Source: Octopus sinensis (taxonomy: Eukaryota). Taken from it: DNA of 64,000 bases. The stretch spans positions 133,486,001 to 133,550,000 of the forward strand of contig NC_043001.1 of NCBI RefSeq assembly GCF_006345805.1, given 5' to 3'. Shown here piece after piece: positions 1-12,314 of this stretch. The notes beneath the pieces were generated by a model. That model had not been told where the DNA came from. It was given only the letters and a program-made list of their open reading frames with translations, and made no database searches. Each line of letters starts with the position of its first letter. Positions within the stretch are counted from its first letter, which is position 1. The translations under genes were made by a program, and so were the position numbers.

Positions 1-220
1 CCAAACACAGACACACAAACATACACACACACATATATATATATATATACATACATATATACGACAGGCTTCTTTCAGTTTCCGTCTACCAAATCCACTC
101 ACAAGGCATTGGTCGGCCCAGGGCTATAGCAGAAGACACTTGCCCAAGATGCCACGCAGTGGGACTGAACCCGGAACCATGTGGTTGGTTAGCAAGCTAC
201 TTACCACACAGCCACTCCTG
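1..220 (-). mobile_element. SINE family A (tRNA-derived), 5' half, cut by window edge
   Basis: Reverse complement gives CAGGAGTGGCTGTGTGGTAAG (A box) ... GGGTTCAGTCCC (B box); matches the other copies below. Confidence 0.9.
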
Positions 221-253
221 TATATATATATGTGTGTGTGTGTGTGTATGTGT

Positions 254-315
<62 letters not shown>

Positions 316-321
316 ATATTT

Positions 322-532
322 ACAGTTCTATATTTAAAAGATGAGGAATTAGGTACATTATTTACATTTGACGGATATTTGTCCTCATCTTGTTTGTTGT
401 TAATACAACGTTTCGGCTGATATACCCTCCAGCCTTCATCAGGTGTCTTGGGGAAATCTCGAACCTGGGTTCTTATTCCTAAGGTATTTTTCGATGTTGT
501 TGTTGTTGTTGTTATAATAATTATTATTATTA

Positions 533-576
<44 letters not shown>

Positions 577-772
577 ACAACAACAACAACAACAACATCG
601 AAAAATACCTTAGGAATGAGACCCCAGATTCGAAATTTCCCCAAGACACCTGATGAAGGCTGGGGGGGTTTATCAGCCGAAATGTTGTGTTAACAATAAA
701 CAAGATGAGGATAAATATCCGTCAAACGTAAATAATCTACATAATTCCTCATCTCTTATATATAGAACTGTA
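322..772. mobile_element. Family F: inverted pair of Penelope-like terminal-repeat sequence around an (AAT)n centre
   Basis: 322-~520 is the reverse complement of ~570-772; each arm has a CTGATGA...GAAA hammerhead-type core. Confidence 0.8.
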
Positions 773-800
773 ATTACATACATACATGCATATATATGTA

Positions 801-840
<40 letters not shown>

Positions 841-978
841 CACTGGCGTCATGCAGGCAAGGCGTGGATTCGATCCTCGATTTCACGTAATAGTTCAACA
901 GCACTTTTCTCACGGTAAAACAATATGAAGAAGAAGACGAACAACAACAACAACGAAAAATACCGTTAAATGTAAATA

Positions 979-1026
<48 letters not shown>

Positions 1027-1865
1027 TATATATTATATATATATTGTTGTTGGCATCCTTTTTGTCTCGGGAGACAATAGAGTTGAGCATAAAGTAGTCT
1101 AGTCCGCTTTTACATTTCATGTCCTGATACATTTCCTGCTGTGGCTGTGTAGTCCTATCCTGGACAAACACTCCCTCTGGCAGGTACCGCAAATGTAGCG
1201 AAGGCTGTTCCTGATATATATATATATATATACTATAAGGTGAGCAGAAATGTACAAAAACGCAATAGAGAACAATAAAACATCTGGACAGATAGACGAT
1301 ACAAAGGCGGACAGAAAAAAAGAACAATTAGAGGGACAGAGAAAAAGGAAGGGTCATTCGTGGCCTTCTTTCGTCAGTTAAGTTACCAGAGGTCCTTACA
1401 GTTTCGGACCCGAAACTATAAGGACATCTGGTAACTTGTCCCAATTGTAACTGTCGCATTGCAACCTCTTTCTTCCCCTACCTAACTGTCGTTCTCCCTC
1501 TTCTTGTTACCTGCCCTCTCTTAACCCTTACCTCTCTCTCTATCTTTCTTCCTGCCGCTCGTCTAACGTCTATTTTTGGCTCTTACAGTTATTGATAAGC
1601 TAATTCTGTCATACCTTTTCCTCGCTTTTCCCTTTCTCATGTCGATCATTTCGCACGCTCTTATTCGTACCCCAGCGTAAATCTCACGCACAAACACACA
1701 CACATACACACATACACACACACACCTACGCACACACATACGCACACACACATACACACACAGACAGACACAAACACACACATACATACAAAGAAATTTC
1801 ACTACCAGTGACCTAGCACGTATAAAAAGTCAATAGAAAACATTCTCAATATAAAGTATTTTTTA

Positions 1866-2037
1866 TTGCGTATATATATATATATATATTATATATATAT
1901 AATATATATATATATATATGTATATATAATATATATATATGTATATATATATGTATATTATATATGTATATATATATATGTATATATATATATGTATATA
2001 TATATATGTGTATATATATATATATATGTGTATATAT

Positions 2038-2120
<83 letters not shown>

Positions 2121-2145
2121 ATATATATATATGTATATATATATG
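1866..2145. repeat. (TA)n-rich microsatellite
   Basis: Read directly. Confidence 0.95.
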
Positions 2146-2425
2146 TTCTCTGATCTTTTTATTCACTTCAAAACCTGTTTCTTTCCCTTCCTCTTTTTCT
2201 CGGCACATGTGCGCGTTGACTTTTACTCTATCGTTTCCCCCTCTAGCTCTCTTTCTGTTACTCTCTCACCTTTTCTTTTGCCTAACTTCTGGTCCGACGA
2301 AAATCATATTTCTACTCCTCCTATTTGCGCTAGCATTCTGTTTTTTTTTTTTTTTATTTTTACAGTGCCAAGCTGAAAAACAAGAATTACTTTCTTCCTT
2401 TTTTAACTGAAATGTATTGCATGTA

Positions 2426-2491
2426 TCTCTATATGTATACAAACGGCAAAATGTCTGTGTGTGTGTGTGTCTGCGTGTGTGTGGGGGTGCG

Positions 2492-2534
<43 letters not shown>

Positions 2535-3205
2535 GTGTGTGTGTGTGTTCTTTATACAAATCCGCAATTTTTAAGTCAGAGGGCTCGCACTTTCTACGGT
2601 AATTCAAAACCGTCCAAGGGTGGTTGTGAAGATCTTTTCATTTCCAAGTTACCCCTGAAAGCCATTTTTAAAAATCGATAAACCGAACTCTTATGTTTCA
2701 GGTAACAAAAGTCTTTAATACAAGGGACGTAACTCACTTAATCCAGCTGTTTAATCTAAAGATATTAAACCATAGCAAGGGAAAAACTCTTTAAAACTCT
2801 GCATTTCCCTCCCTTTTTTATGTATCACACCTCAATACTGTACCAGACCAATTTATCCAATTTAGGACCGGAACTGTCCCGGATTTCTGAATTTTCCAGT
2901 TTCCCAGAGAATTTCTAAACGCTTGCTTAAAATCTCTATGTCTATAAATGGCAAAATGTCTGTTTTTGATTGGATGGAGATAATTTTACACCTGACAGTT
3001 GGATGCGCGTCTGTATGACTCTGCGCATTTTTGTGTTTTGCGAAGACGCGTTATCATGTGTTTTAGCTTTCAAACGTGCACGCTGTTTTGATTTGAGAAA
3101 TGCAGGGAATAATTAACGAGTTAGACCAAGTGAATGACAAGAGAGAGGGATTTTCATGAAAGACCAAATATGCTTGACTAGCACTAGACCCGACAGCGCC
3201 GGATC
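2426..3205. mobile_element. Helitron-like fragments
   Basis: Two 5'-end-like motifs TCTCTAT...AAA(C/T)GGCAAAATGTCTGT at ~2426 and ~2934, and a reversed 3'-end-like motif ACTAGACCCGACAGCGCCGG at ~3183. Confidence 0.45.
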
Positions 3206-3465
3206 ATAGTGCTGGTCTGTTTCTTAATTTTCTGCCTGTTTTGCATGTTGTTGCCCTCTATGTACCAAGATTTTTTTCTTTGTAAGGTCCACTATCATAG
3301 TGTTAATTCCGTAATATTAAGTCTCCGGGTTTAAACGCGCCGAAACTACGCTGATTCTGAACTCCATGGCTGATGAGAGGTATTTATATTTAATTGTCCT
3401 TTTCTTTTAATCGATTTCCATATCGTATAACTTGAATTTAGACGAAGCCCTCGCTACCTCTCTCT

Positions 3466-3511
<46 letters not shown>

Positions 3512-4149
3512 GTCACTCACACACACACATACATACACACACACATATATATACTATATATACTCGACCTCATGTAAAAGTCGCCCCCTATTTTGGGCCA
3601 AAAAATTGGGAATTTTCCATAGATCCCGTATATAGTCGACCCTAGCATTTCACCAACAACAGGATTTGTGGGTCAAGGTACTGTATTATTCTGTACGTAG
3701 TAATAACACTGTTATAAAATTGTGTGGCTACCTTACTGTAGCCCGCTCTAGAGGTGGAACGCTAGGTGCTTATAATGGAGTGCTCGGTACTTATAGTAAA
3801 ACACCATTTAATAGTGAGCACTACACATCTGTTGATGGGAGCTACATCACCGTTACTAAAATATATGCACAAGATATGCTGAAAGCCTGCATACATTTTC
3901 AAGCACAATAAACGCATACATCATACACTCGTTGTTTATATGGTGAGAAACGTGTTTCACAGACACCACTATTGGAGAACACTGGCAAACGCCACTGTCT
4001 GAATTCGTATAAAGGCATGACGTTGGTGACCCTAAAAATATTCAATTAATCGCTAGATCAGTGGTGCTCATGCGACCTTTATATTTTTCCTCATCTCCAG
4101 ATACAATAAACACATGCGTAAATAATCTACATAATTCCTCATCTCTTCA

Positions 4150-4538
4150 AGAATTCAAGATCACAACATACATGTACACTGCAACATAATTTCTTTTCCT
4201 CAACAGGCCCTGCCCTATTTAACATTGTCCCGAGGGAGATCAAAGAGGAAAAGGATCCCATCAATTTTAAACAGAGTCTGGATAGATTCCTTCAAAGAAT
4301 ACCAGATAAGCCACTCATAATTGGATACAACTCACCCAACAAGAACTCACTACTTGAACAAAACTGGATACAACTCACCCAACAAGAACTCACTACTTGA
4401 ACAAAACTTAACTTAAACAAAACTTGACTTAAACAGGATTCGAATAATCCTATCAGGTGGTGCTATTAAGTTAGACATGGCCTGGACCAATCTTTGGTCG
4501 AAACATATCTAAGTTTATCTAAGTTTAAGTTTATCTTA
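4150..4538 (+). mobile_element. 3' end of a CR1/L2/Jockey-group LINE inserted in a family-F remnant
   Basis: TGPALFNIVPREIKEEKDPINFKQSLDRFLQRIPDKP; 43-bp tandem duplication at 4322-4407; tail (AAGTTT/ATCT)n. Flanks rejoin as CCTCATCTCTT|ATATATAGAAC. Confidence 0.7.
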
Positions 4539-4574
4539 TATATAGAACTGTAATTACATACATACATGCATATA

Positions 4575-4761
<187 letters not shown>

Positions 4762-4799
4762 GCACTGGCTTCATGCAGGCAACGCGATTAATTGAATGT

Positions 4800-4942
4800 T
4801 TTTAGGCTCACCAACGTCATTTTTTCACGCTCAGAGTTGCTGAAGCATGGAATAAACTGCCTGCGTCAGTTGTTGACTGCCATGACACTGCATCCTTTAA
4901 GGCCCTCATGCTTTCCGAAATCCGCCGAAACTACACCTGATT
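4800..4942 (+). mobile_element. CR1-like LINE C-terminal fragment
   Basis: FFTLRVAEAWNKLPASVVDCHDTASFK. Confidence 0.75.
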
Positions 4943-5526
4943 ATATATACACTTTAGATGAGTTGTAGTGCACCTGAGCACTGTACACAATTATTATTAT
5001 TATTATTATTATTATTATACGCTCGTCTGTTTACATCGTAAGAAATGTATTTCACAGACAGCACTATTGGCAAACAACAGCAAACATCACTGTATGAATT
5101 CGTACAGAGGCATGACTTTGGTAAGTCTAAAAACATTTAGTTAATCGCTAGATCAGTGGTTCCCCAATTTTTTTTTTCTTTTTGAAGTGGAATCCTTCTA
5201 CATTATTTTTAAAAACGTTGAACCCCTGATAACTTTTCGGGAACAGTGGGGTTTTGCAGAACACTCTTTGGGATTCTGCTCCAGATTAACTCTACGCCAT
5301 ATTATGGGCATTTTACTTGTAACTGCACATGACATCCTGTAACTTTATCTTTTTATTTTTTTCATTTCTGTGGGGATAAATTTTAGTATTTAAAACATTA
5401 AGTTGCATTTCATTAATTATGAATAAAAATGCACCACTAATATAGTGCGCCATATTACATTTGTGATGAGTGTGACTTTAACCATGAATATGAAAATAGA
5501 GTAATGTTATTGAAGAGTTATGATGT

Positions 5527-5845
5527 GAAGGCGCGTGGCTCAGTGAGGTTGTGAGGTTGTGAGCTCGAATCCCGGACCGGGTTGCGTGTTGTGTTCTTGA
5601 GCAAGACACTTTATTTCACGTTGCTCCAGTTCACTCAGCTGTAGAAATGAGTTGCGACGTCACAGGTGCCAAGCTGTATCGGCCCTTGCCTTTCCCTTGG
5701 ACAACATCGGTGACGTGGAGAGGGGAGGCCGGTATGCATGGGCGACTGCTGGTCTTCCATAAAACAACCTTGCCCAGACTTGTACATCAGAGGGTAACTC
5801 TCTAGGTGCAAACCCATGGTCAGTGTCTGACCGAGGGGTCTACCA
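5527..5845 (+). mobile_element. SINE family C (tRNA head + CORE-like central block)
   Basis: GAAGGCGCGTGGCTCAGTG...GCTCGAATCCC, then GTTCTTGAGCAAGACACTT...CAGCTGTAGAAATGAGT. Confidence 0.8.
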
Positions 5846-6175
5846 TGATGTGAAACACGCCGAAAAGGTACCAACTGTATTTACCGTATTACGGTAGGCA
5901 GTGGCATGTCGGTACCGGGTAGATATGTTACTAGTGGTAATATAACATAATTATGAAATATAAATTGATTCACTCAGCTAGTCTGTTAAGTTTGATGGAT
6001 ACAAATAAAAGAGAAAGTGTAGATAGTTATAAGAGCTACGAAGTCTTGTTTGTGGATTTTGTTATTTACTAGGGCGTGTGTTTTGATGCATAGAATTGGT
6101 AATATTACTGTAATTCATTGTGTTTTTGTTTTTATTCTCTTAGAGATCAGTTGGTTTTCTGCTGCTGATATGGTA

Positions 6176-7146
6176 CCGTAAATCCTCGAGTATAATCCGC
6201 ATTTTTTTCCCCAAATTTAAAGGTCAAATTCCCTAGTGCATACTATATACGAGGTTAAAAATGAAAAATGTTTTCTAAGCAATGTCCGAGTATCTATTTG
6301 ATGTCCGGCAATGTTTATTCAGACGCATTTTTTTTATGTCGGGCGCGAAAATACCTTAAGCTAAGCCTGAAAGCAATGAAGTCATAAAAGAATCATACAT
6401 AACTTGCAGTAAGCAACATTTATTAAAATAAAAGTATTCAGAACACAGAATAACATGTAACAAAAACAATTTGCAAACATATTTACATTCCCATATAACA
6501 GTTAAAAACATCACCATTATTGTATTACGCATGTGCGTAAGTGTTTGTTCGACTAGGTACTGCTGGCTTAATTACGCACGAATTGTGCTCAATAATTTAG
6601 TGCTAAATAGTTCATCCTGCTGTTTGTATTGGCAGTTTGCATCATTATCGTGGCAAACAATAGATACTTAATTAAATACCAGTATTAAATGTTTGAACTA
6701 CTGTGGGTCTTTACTAGGGTTTTTTATAAGCGGGACTTAAACCTGTACACTAATCTCCAGTAAAACAATTTATACATTACATGCCCATAAAATACCTCGT
6801 AGATCTTATCCAGCTATGTTTAAACTTGAAGTTATATCATATGCTGAAGAGCATGGCAATAGAGCTACCAGAAGAAAATTTGATGTTGACGAAAGCAATG
6901 TCAGGTTATGGAGAAGAAATAAAGATGAAATTAAACAGATACCAAAGATAAAGAAGGCAAGAAGGCAATAATAAAGGACGTTACAGTATACATTTTTACA
7001 AACCAAGGACGTTATACAGACCTCCTTGACTCAAGTTAGAGAAGGGGTGCGTATTATACACAAGGTTTAGGTTTTTCAGAGGTACAGCCTCCTAAAAATC
7101 CCCTGCGTATTATACTCAAAAGCGGACAATACTCGAGGATTTACAG
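6176..7146 (+). mobile_element. pogo/Tigger-type deletion derivative retaining a Brinker-like DNA-binding domain
   Basis: TIRs CCGTAAATCCTCGAGTATAATCCGC / GCGGACAATACTCGAGGATTTACAG with TA TSD. 6795-6965 translates PRRSYPAMFKLEVISYAEEHGNRATRRKFDVDESNVRLWRR. Confidence 0.85.
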
Positions 7147-7718
7147 TACTTCGGATTCTAGCTAGAATTTCAGCCCCTCAAAAGTAGTACCCATGTAATA
7201 GTCGACCCCATAAACTTGACCTCAAAAGATGGTCTAAAAAATTCGACTTGTACACGAGTATATACGATATAGTCTGGCTGTACTGGTGGGACTATTCTTT
7301 ACTGAGGAGGTCATATAAGATCGAAACATACTGCCATAAATCATATTAACATCGCACTATTTTATTTTAAAACTGAATTTGAATTAATTTAAATTAATTT
7401 TTAATGAAATTTTTATTTGAATTCAAATTTCGGAATTATCTCCCTTACTTTACTTGGCCAAAATTAATTAAGTTTATTTACTTTTTTATCCTCACTATGA
7501 ATATAATTTTAATTAATTTCAATTTCATTGTCTCAGTAGATTAAGCAATATATTGGCAGTGCCATCAAAATTATCTGGTACTTCTTAATATGCTGTTTAA
7601 GGAATATTTCACAAGTTATGAAGTTATGACTAAATAGTCCCCCACAGAAACATTTTTTTTTATAAACGGATAACAACTGCATTTCAAAAATATTTTATGT
7701 ATGAAAAAATACAAATTA

Positions 7719-8251
7719 CCGTATTTGACGGCATATTAGACGCACCCTCATTTCAGCAGGTCAAATTCAGGAAAAAAGTTTTAAGTGTATTTAAGCATAT
7801 ATCGTTGAAAGCAGTCTAGCAGCACATTACAAAAGCAGAAAACATTGCTGTATAAAAGCAAGCATACAAAAGGAAAGCATACAAATTACAATAGTAATCG
7901 TCTTTAATCATCTTTTTAACCAGAAAACTCTTCATCATCTTCTACACCAGAAGAGTCTTCATCATCTTCAAAACAAGGAATCTCTTCATCACTACAGCTG
8001 AAATCACTGTCTTCAAATAATGCATCATCTTCTGTGCCATCAAGGGCATTGCTAATGCCACACTTCTTAAAAGCCTAAAAATATCATTAAGGCGTTAGCG
8101 TAGGTAGAAATACTTATCGTAAGCTAGGTTAGTGAGCGTCTGGGAGAAGATTAGCCTACGGGAGGGTCTTGACTTCGCATATTAGACGCAGGGCGATTTT
8201 TTGAGCCAAATTGTTTGGAAAAAAGTGCGTCCTATATGCCGTCAAATACGG
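7719..8251 (-). mobile_element. pogo-type deletion derivative retaining the transposase acidic C-terminus
   Basis: TIRs CCGTATTTGACGGCATATTAGACGCA / TGCGTCCTATATGCCGTCAAATACGG, TA TSD; minus strand FKKCGISNALDGTEDDALFED. Confidence 0.87.
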
Positions 8252-8941
8252 TAGTTTTGGTCAGATCAAATAACATTTCTAAACTCACCTTCTGAGCTGT
8301 TTGTCAACAATGGAACAAGTAAGACAATAAGGAGATGCAGAAATGCCATTTTCCCCTGAAAATAACGATTGGAATAATCCATGATTAAAACATTGGCATC
8401 TTAGTAAACAAATATATGAAGAGATATCTGCATGTGATTTAGTGTCGTGAGTACGTAAGCCCCATGAGTGCCGCAAACACATAACCCAAAAGCTAAATAA
8501 ATACGGATGTGACTCCGGATTTTTGTATATCCGTGATCCGTGTTGCATTTCTTTAGTGGCGTTGTTTTGTCGTTTTAATAAATTATTCAAAGAAATAGAT
8601 AAAATGTCACAAAGAATTTATTTAAAAAACACATTATAAAAGGGGGAGTTAACAAAATATGCAAAACAATCTGAACATAAAATATAGAAATATTGATTTT
8701 TATCAATACTGATATCAAATGACCATATTTCAGTGCACTTACAATATTATCAAGGGAATTTTACGAAATATTCTTCCGAGCAAATATTTTTTAAAGATTG
8801 TTGCAATTATAAGGAGCAAAATGTGACAACATATTTTGTAAGATTAGTGTTTCACTCAGAATATATTGCGTACTAAGTGTGGTGGCAGTGAGGTCTTGAT
8901 GTGTGGTGGCGGTGTCTATTGTAGCAGTAAGAACATACTGT

Positions 8942-9322
8942 GGAGGCGCAATGGCCCAGTGGTTAGGGCAGCGGACTCGCGGTCGTAGGATCGCGGTTTC
9001 GATTCCCAGACCGGGCGTTGTGAGTGTTTATTGAGCGAAAACACCTAAAGTTCCACGAGGCCCCGGCAGGGATGGTGGTGATCCCTGCTGTACTCTTTCA
9101 CCACAACTTTCTCTCACTCTTACTTCCTGTTTCTCTTGTACCTGTATTTCAAGGGGCCGGCCTTGTCACTCTCTGTGTCACGCTGAATATCCCCGAGAAC
9201 AACGTTAAGGGTACACGTGTCTGTGGAGTGCTCAACCACTTACACGTTAATTTCACGAGCAGGCTGTTCCGTTGATCGGATGAACCGGAAGCCTCGTCGT
9301 CGTAACCGACGGAGTGCTTCCA
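8942..9322 (+). mobile_element. SINE family B (tRNA-derived), full length with TSD
   Basis: Head GGAGGCGCAATGGCCCAGTGGTTAGG...GGTTTCGATTCCC. TSD TAAGAACATAC(T/A)GT at 8928-8941 and 9323-9336. Confidence 0.92.
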
Positions 9323-9881
9323 TAAGAACATACAGTATGGTGGTGCAGCGTGGCAGCGAGGACACGCCGTGTATAATTAACGTGTGAAAATATTCACACC
9401 CAGTTAAACAATATATTGTGCAGCTGGTAATTTGATTTCAAGGAACAATAACCGTAATAATAGTAATTTAGAAAATGCTAATTGAAATAGATTCGCAAGC
9501 CTACAAAATATTCGTTGGGATTCAACGACAGTTATCTCTCCTGATCGAACATTCTCGAACAATCTAGAATATTCCAGAAAATTCCAGGCCAACATGTTTC
9601 ACTCCCACTTTGCTAATTTACTCGGCATATCTTGAAAATAACACGCAGGAGGTCGCTAGTAGCACATCGCCTATTTAAGCGTACATTCCCGCTTAAATTA
9701 GTCTCTCTTCTCTAACTGCTTCTTCGAGATGCGACAAGGTCCAGCGGGACCACGAGAGATCCAAGTGCATGAATTCGATATTTAATTTCCTATCAGTAGC
9801 TCGTCATGGTATTATGCGTCTAGTGCCTGTGGGAAGTAAATCTTGTAGCTTGCTTTATTTCTATTTACTCGAAGTTATCTG

Positions 9882-10662
9882 TTTCTTTATTGCCCACGAG
9901 GGGCTAAACATAGAGGGGACAAACAAGGACAGACAAAGGGATTAAGTAGATTGCATCGACCCCAGTGCGTAACTGGTACTTAATTTATCGACCCCGAAAG
10001 GATGAAAGGCAAAGTCGACCTCGGCGGAATTTGAACTCAGAACGCAACGACAGACGCAATACCTATTTCTTTATTACCCACAAGGGTCTAAACACAGAGG
10101 GGACAAACAAGGACAGACATAGGTATTAAGTCGATTACATCGACCCCAGTGCGTAACTGGTACTTAATTTATCGACCCCGAAAGGATGAAAGGCAAAGTC
10201 GACCTCGGCGGAATTTGAATTCAGAACGCAACGACAGACGCAATACCTATTTCTTTACTACCCACAAGGGGCTAAACACAGAGGGGACAAACAAGGACAG
10301 ACAAATGGATTAAGTCGATTACATCGACCCCAGTGCGTAACTGGTACTTAATTTATCGACCCCGAAAGGATGAAAGGCAAAGTCGACCTCGGCGGAATTT
10401 GAACTCAGAACGCAACGACAGACGCAATACCTATTTCTTTACTACCTACAAGGGGCTAAACACAGAGGGGACAAACAAGGACAGACATAGGTATTAAGTC
10501 GTTTACATCGACCCCAGTGCGTAACTGGTACTTAATTTATCGACCCCGAAAGGATGAAAGGCAAAGTCGACCTCGGCGGAATTTGAACTCAGAACGCAAC
10601 GACAGACGAAATACCGCTAAGCATTTCGCCCGGTGTGCTAACGTTTCTGCCAGCTCGCCGCC
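9882..10662 (-). mobile_element. SINE family E: four tandem 184-bp bodies plus one head
   Basis: Unit starts at 9882, 10066, 10250 and 10434. Head GGCGGCGAGCTGGCAGAAAC, B box G(A)GTTCAAATTCC. TSD TTACTCGAAGTTATC at 9865-9879 and 10686-10700. Confidence 0.92.
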
Positions 10663-10891
10663 TTGAAATACCTCTGTGCAGTGAATTACTCGAAGTTATC
10701 ATGGAACATGGCAAGTTGTTCAAAACCTTTCTTCTTCCAAGAAATCATTATTGAACATTGTATACTCACCCTACGCTTTCACGCGCCTGAATAAAACTTT
10801 GAATGTGAAGTTAGTCGCACATAACCAGTGTTCTCGTAATTCACTGCACAGAGGTATTTCATGGTTATTGGATTAATATATTGGATTATAT

Positions 10892-11063
10892 AGGCGCAGG
10901 AGTGGCTGTGTGGTAAGTAGCTTGCTAACCAACCACATGGTTGCGGGTTCAGTCCCACTGCGTGGCATCCTGGGCAAGTGTCTTCTGCTATAGCACCGGG
11001 CCGACCAATGCCTTGTGAGTGGATTTGGTAGACGGAAACTGAAAGAAGCCTGTCGTATATATG

Positions 11064-11094
<31 letters not shown>

Positions 11095-11320
11095 TTGTGT
11101 GTTTGTGTTTGTCCCCCTAGCATTGCTTGACAATCGATGCTGGTGTGTTTACTTAACGCCACTTAACGGTTCGAGAAAAGAGGCCGATAGAATAAGTACT
11201 GGGCTTACAAAAGAATAAGTCCTGGGATCGATTTGCTCGACTAAAAAGGCGGTGCTCCAGCATGGCCGCAGTCAAATGACTGAAACAAGTAAAAGAGTAA
11301 AAAGAGTAAAAAGAGAGAGT
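10892..11320 (+). mobile_element. SINE family A, full length
   Basis: AGGCGCAGGAGTGGCTGTGTGG head, B box GGGTTCAGTCCC, internal (TA)/(TG) tract, tail GGCGGTGCTCCAGCATGGCCGCAGTCAAATGACTGAAAC + (AGTAAAAG)n. Confidence 0.92.
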
Positions 11321-11774
11321 AATGATTCAGTCCAATTATTAAAGTGCTGACGTTTTTACTAGCGACTTCCCACGCTAACGTAACAATGACTGGTATGGCA
11401 AGGAAGAGGGAAGGGGAGAGAAGACATGTGTCAGTAAAAAAAATTAATTAGTTCGTTAATTAGGAGTAATTGCTCAACATGCAGGTTATCGTTGGTGTTG
11501 GCGTTGTAATCATTGTTATTGCTAATACGGTTATTGTTATCATTGTTCTTTTATCTTTTACCTGTTTCAGCCATTAGACTGCAGCCATATTTGGGCACCA
11601 CCACCTTGAGGAATTTTAGTCGAGTGAATCAGTATACTGATATATTTTGTTTATATTGTATTATTGTATTAATGTGTATATATATATGTGTAGAATTATG
11701 AGTGTCTATGCACACATTTTTATATTTTATATTTTTATATTTATATGTAAATTTTTCTCACACTTATATTAAAT

Positions 11775-11885
11775 TCTCTGAAGAGGCCGTGAGACTTCCT
11801 TGTTAATGTCTCATTTATACCTGCTTTATATGGCTAATAGGTTAAATGAGACATACTTGTCTTCACGGCCGAAACAGCTGTCAGA
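11775..11885 (+). ncRNA. Putative minimal type I hammerhead ribozyme with long stem II, in a Penelope-like terminal repeat (~11640-12020)
   Basis: UCU-CUGAAGA(11778-84)-GGCCGUGA...UCACGGCC-GAAA(11871-74)-CAGCUGUC^AGA. All core nucleotides present, GUC triplet, palindromic stem III ACAGCUGU. Confidence 0.8.
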
Positions 11886-12227
11886 CATGATGTAATTGTA
11901 TTTTGTATTTTATATTTCTATTTTCATGTCTAGTTATATTTGCAATATATTATGTATAATGTTATTGCTGTTATGTAATGGTGTAATAAAGTATTGATTG
12001 GGTATTATCTGATGGTTGATGATTGATTGATTTAAGTATGTTTCTCCATTTTCTCATTTGGTATTATTAATTTACGGTAATAATTTTACCCTTGCCCACA
12101 TAATACAGTAAATGAATTAATTGCACCGGAATTTTTAACATTTATGTATTAGTCTTGTTGGGTACCTCTCTAGCAGTATATTGGATATATGTTATCCCAT
12201 TGAGGGTTGAATTTACAACCCCTATCT

Positions 12228-12314
<87 letters not shown>

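Noticed and set aside
1340-1410. Minus-strand GAAAC...CTGACGA as a permuted hammerhead
   Set aside because: Stems I, II and III could not all be formed.
159-2681. Many ORFs of CV/YI/HT dipeptide or homopolymer type here and throughout the window
   Set aside because: They are translations of (GT)n, (TA)n and trinucleotide microsatellites, with no coding signal.
8942-9015. tRNA genes at SINE heads (families A, B, C, E, F)
   Set aside because: A/B boxes are present, but no full cloverleaf with acceptor stem was seen and each continues into a repeated body.
9340-9860. CpG-richer stretch as a promoter or exon of a second gene
   Set aside because: No ORF, splice pair or recognisable motif supports it.
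9882-10617. Regular repeat array as CRISPR-like
   Set aside because: The units are contiguous SINE bodies with no unique spacers and no cas genes; the context is eukaryotic. The same applies to the 19-bp and 61-bp arrays.
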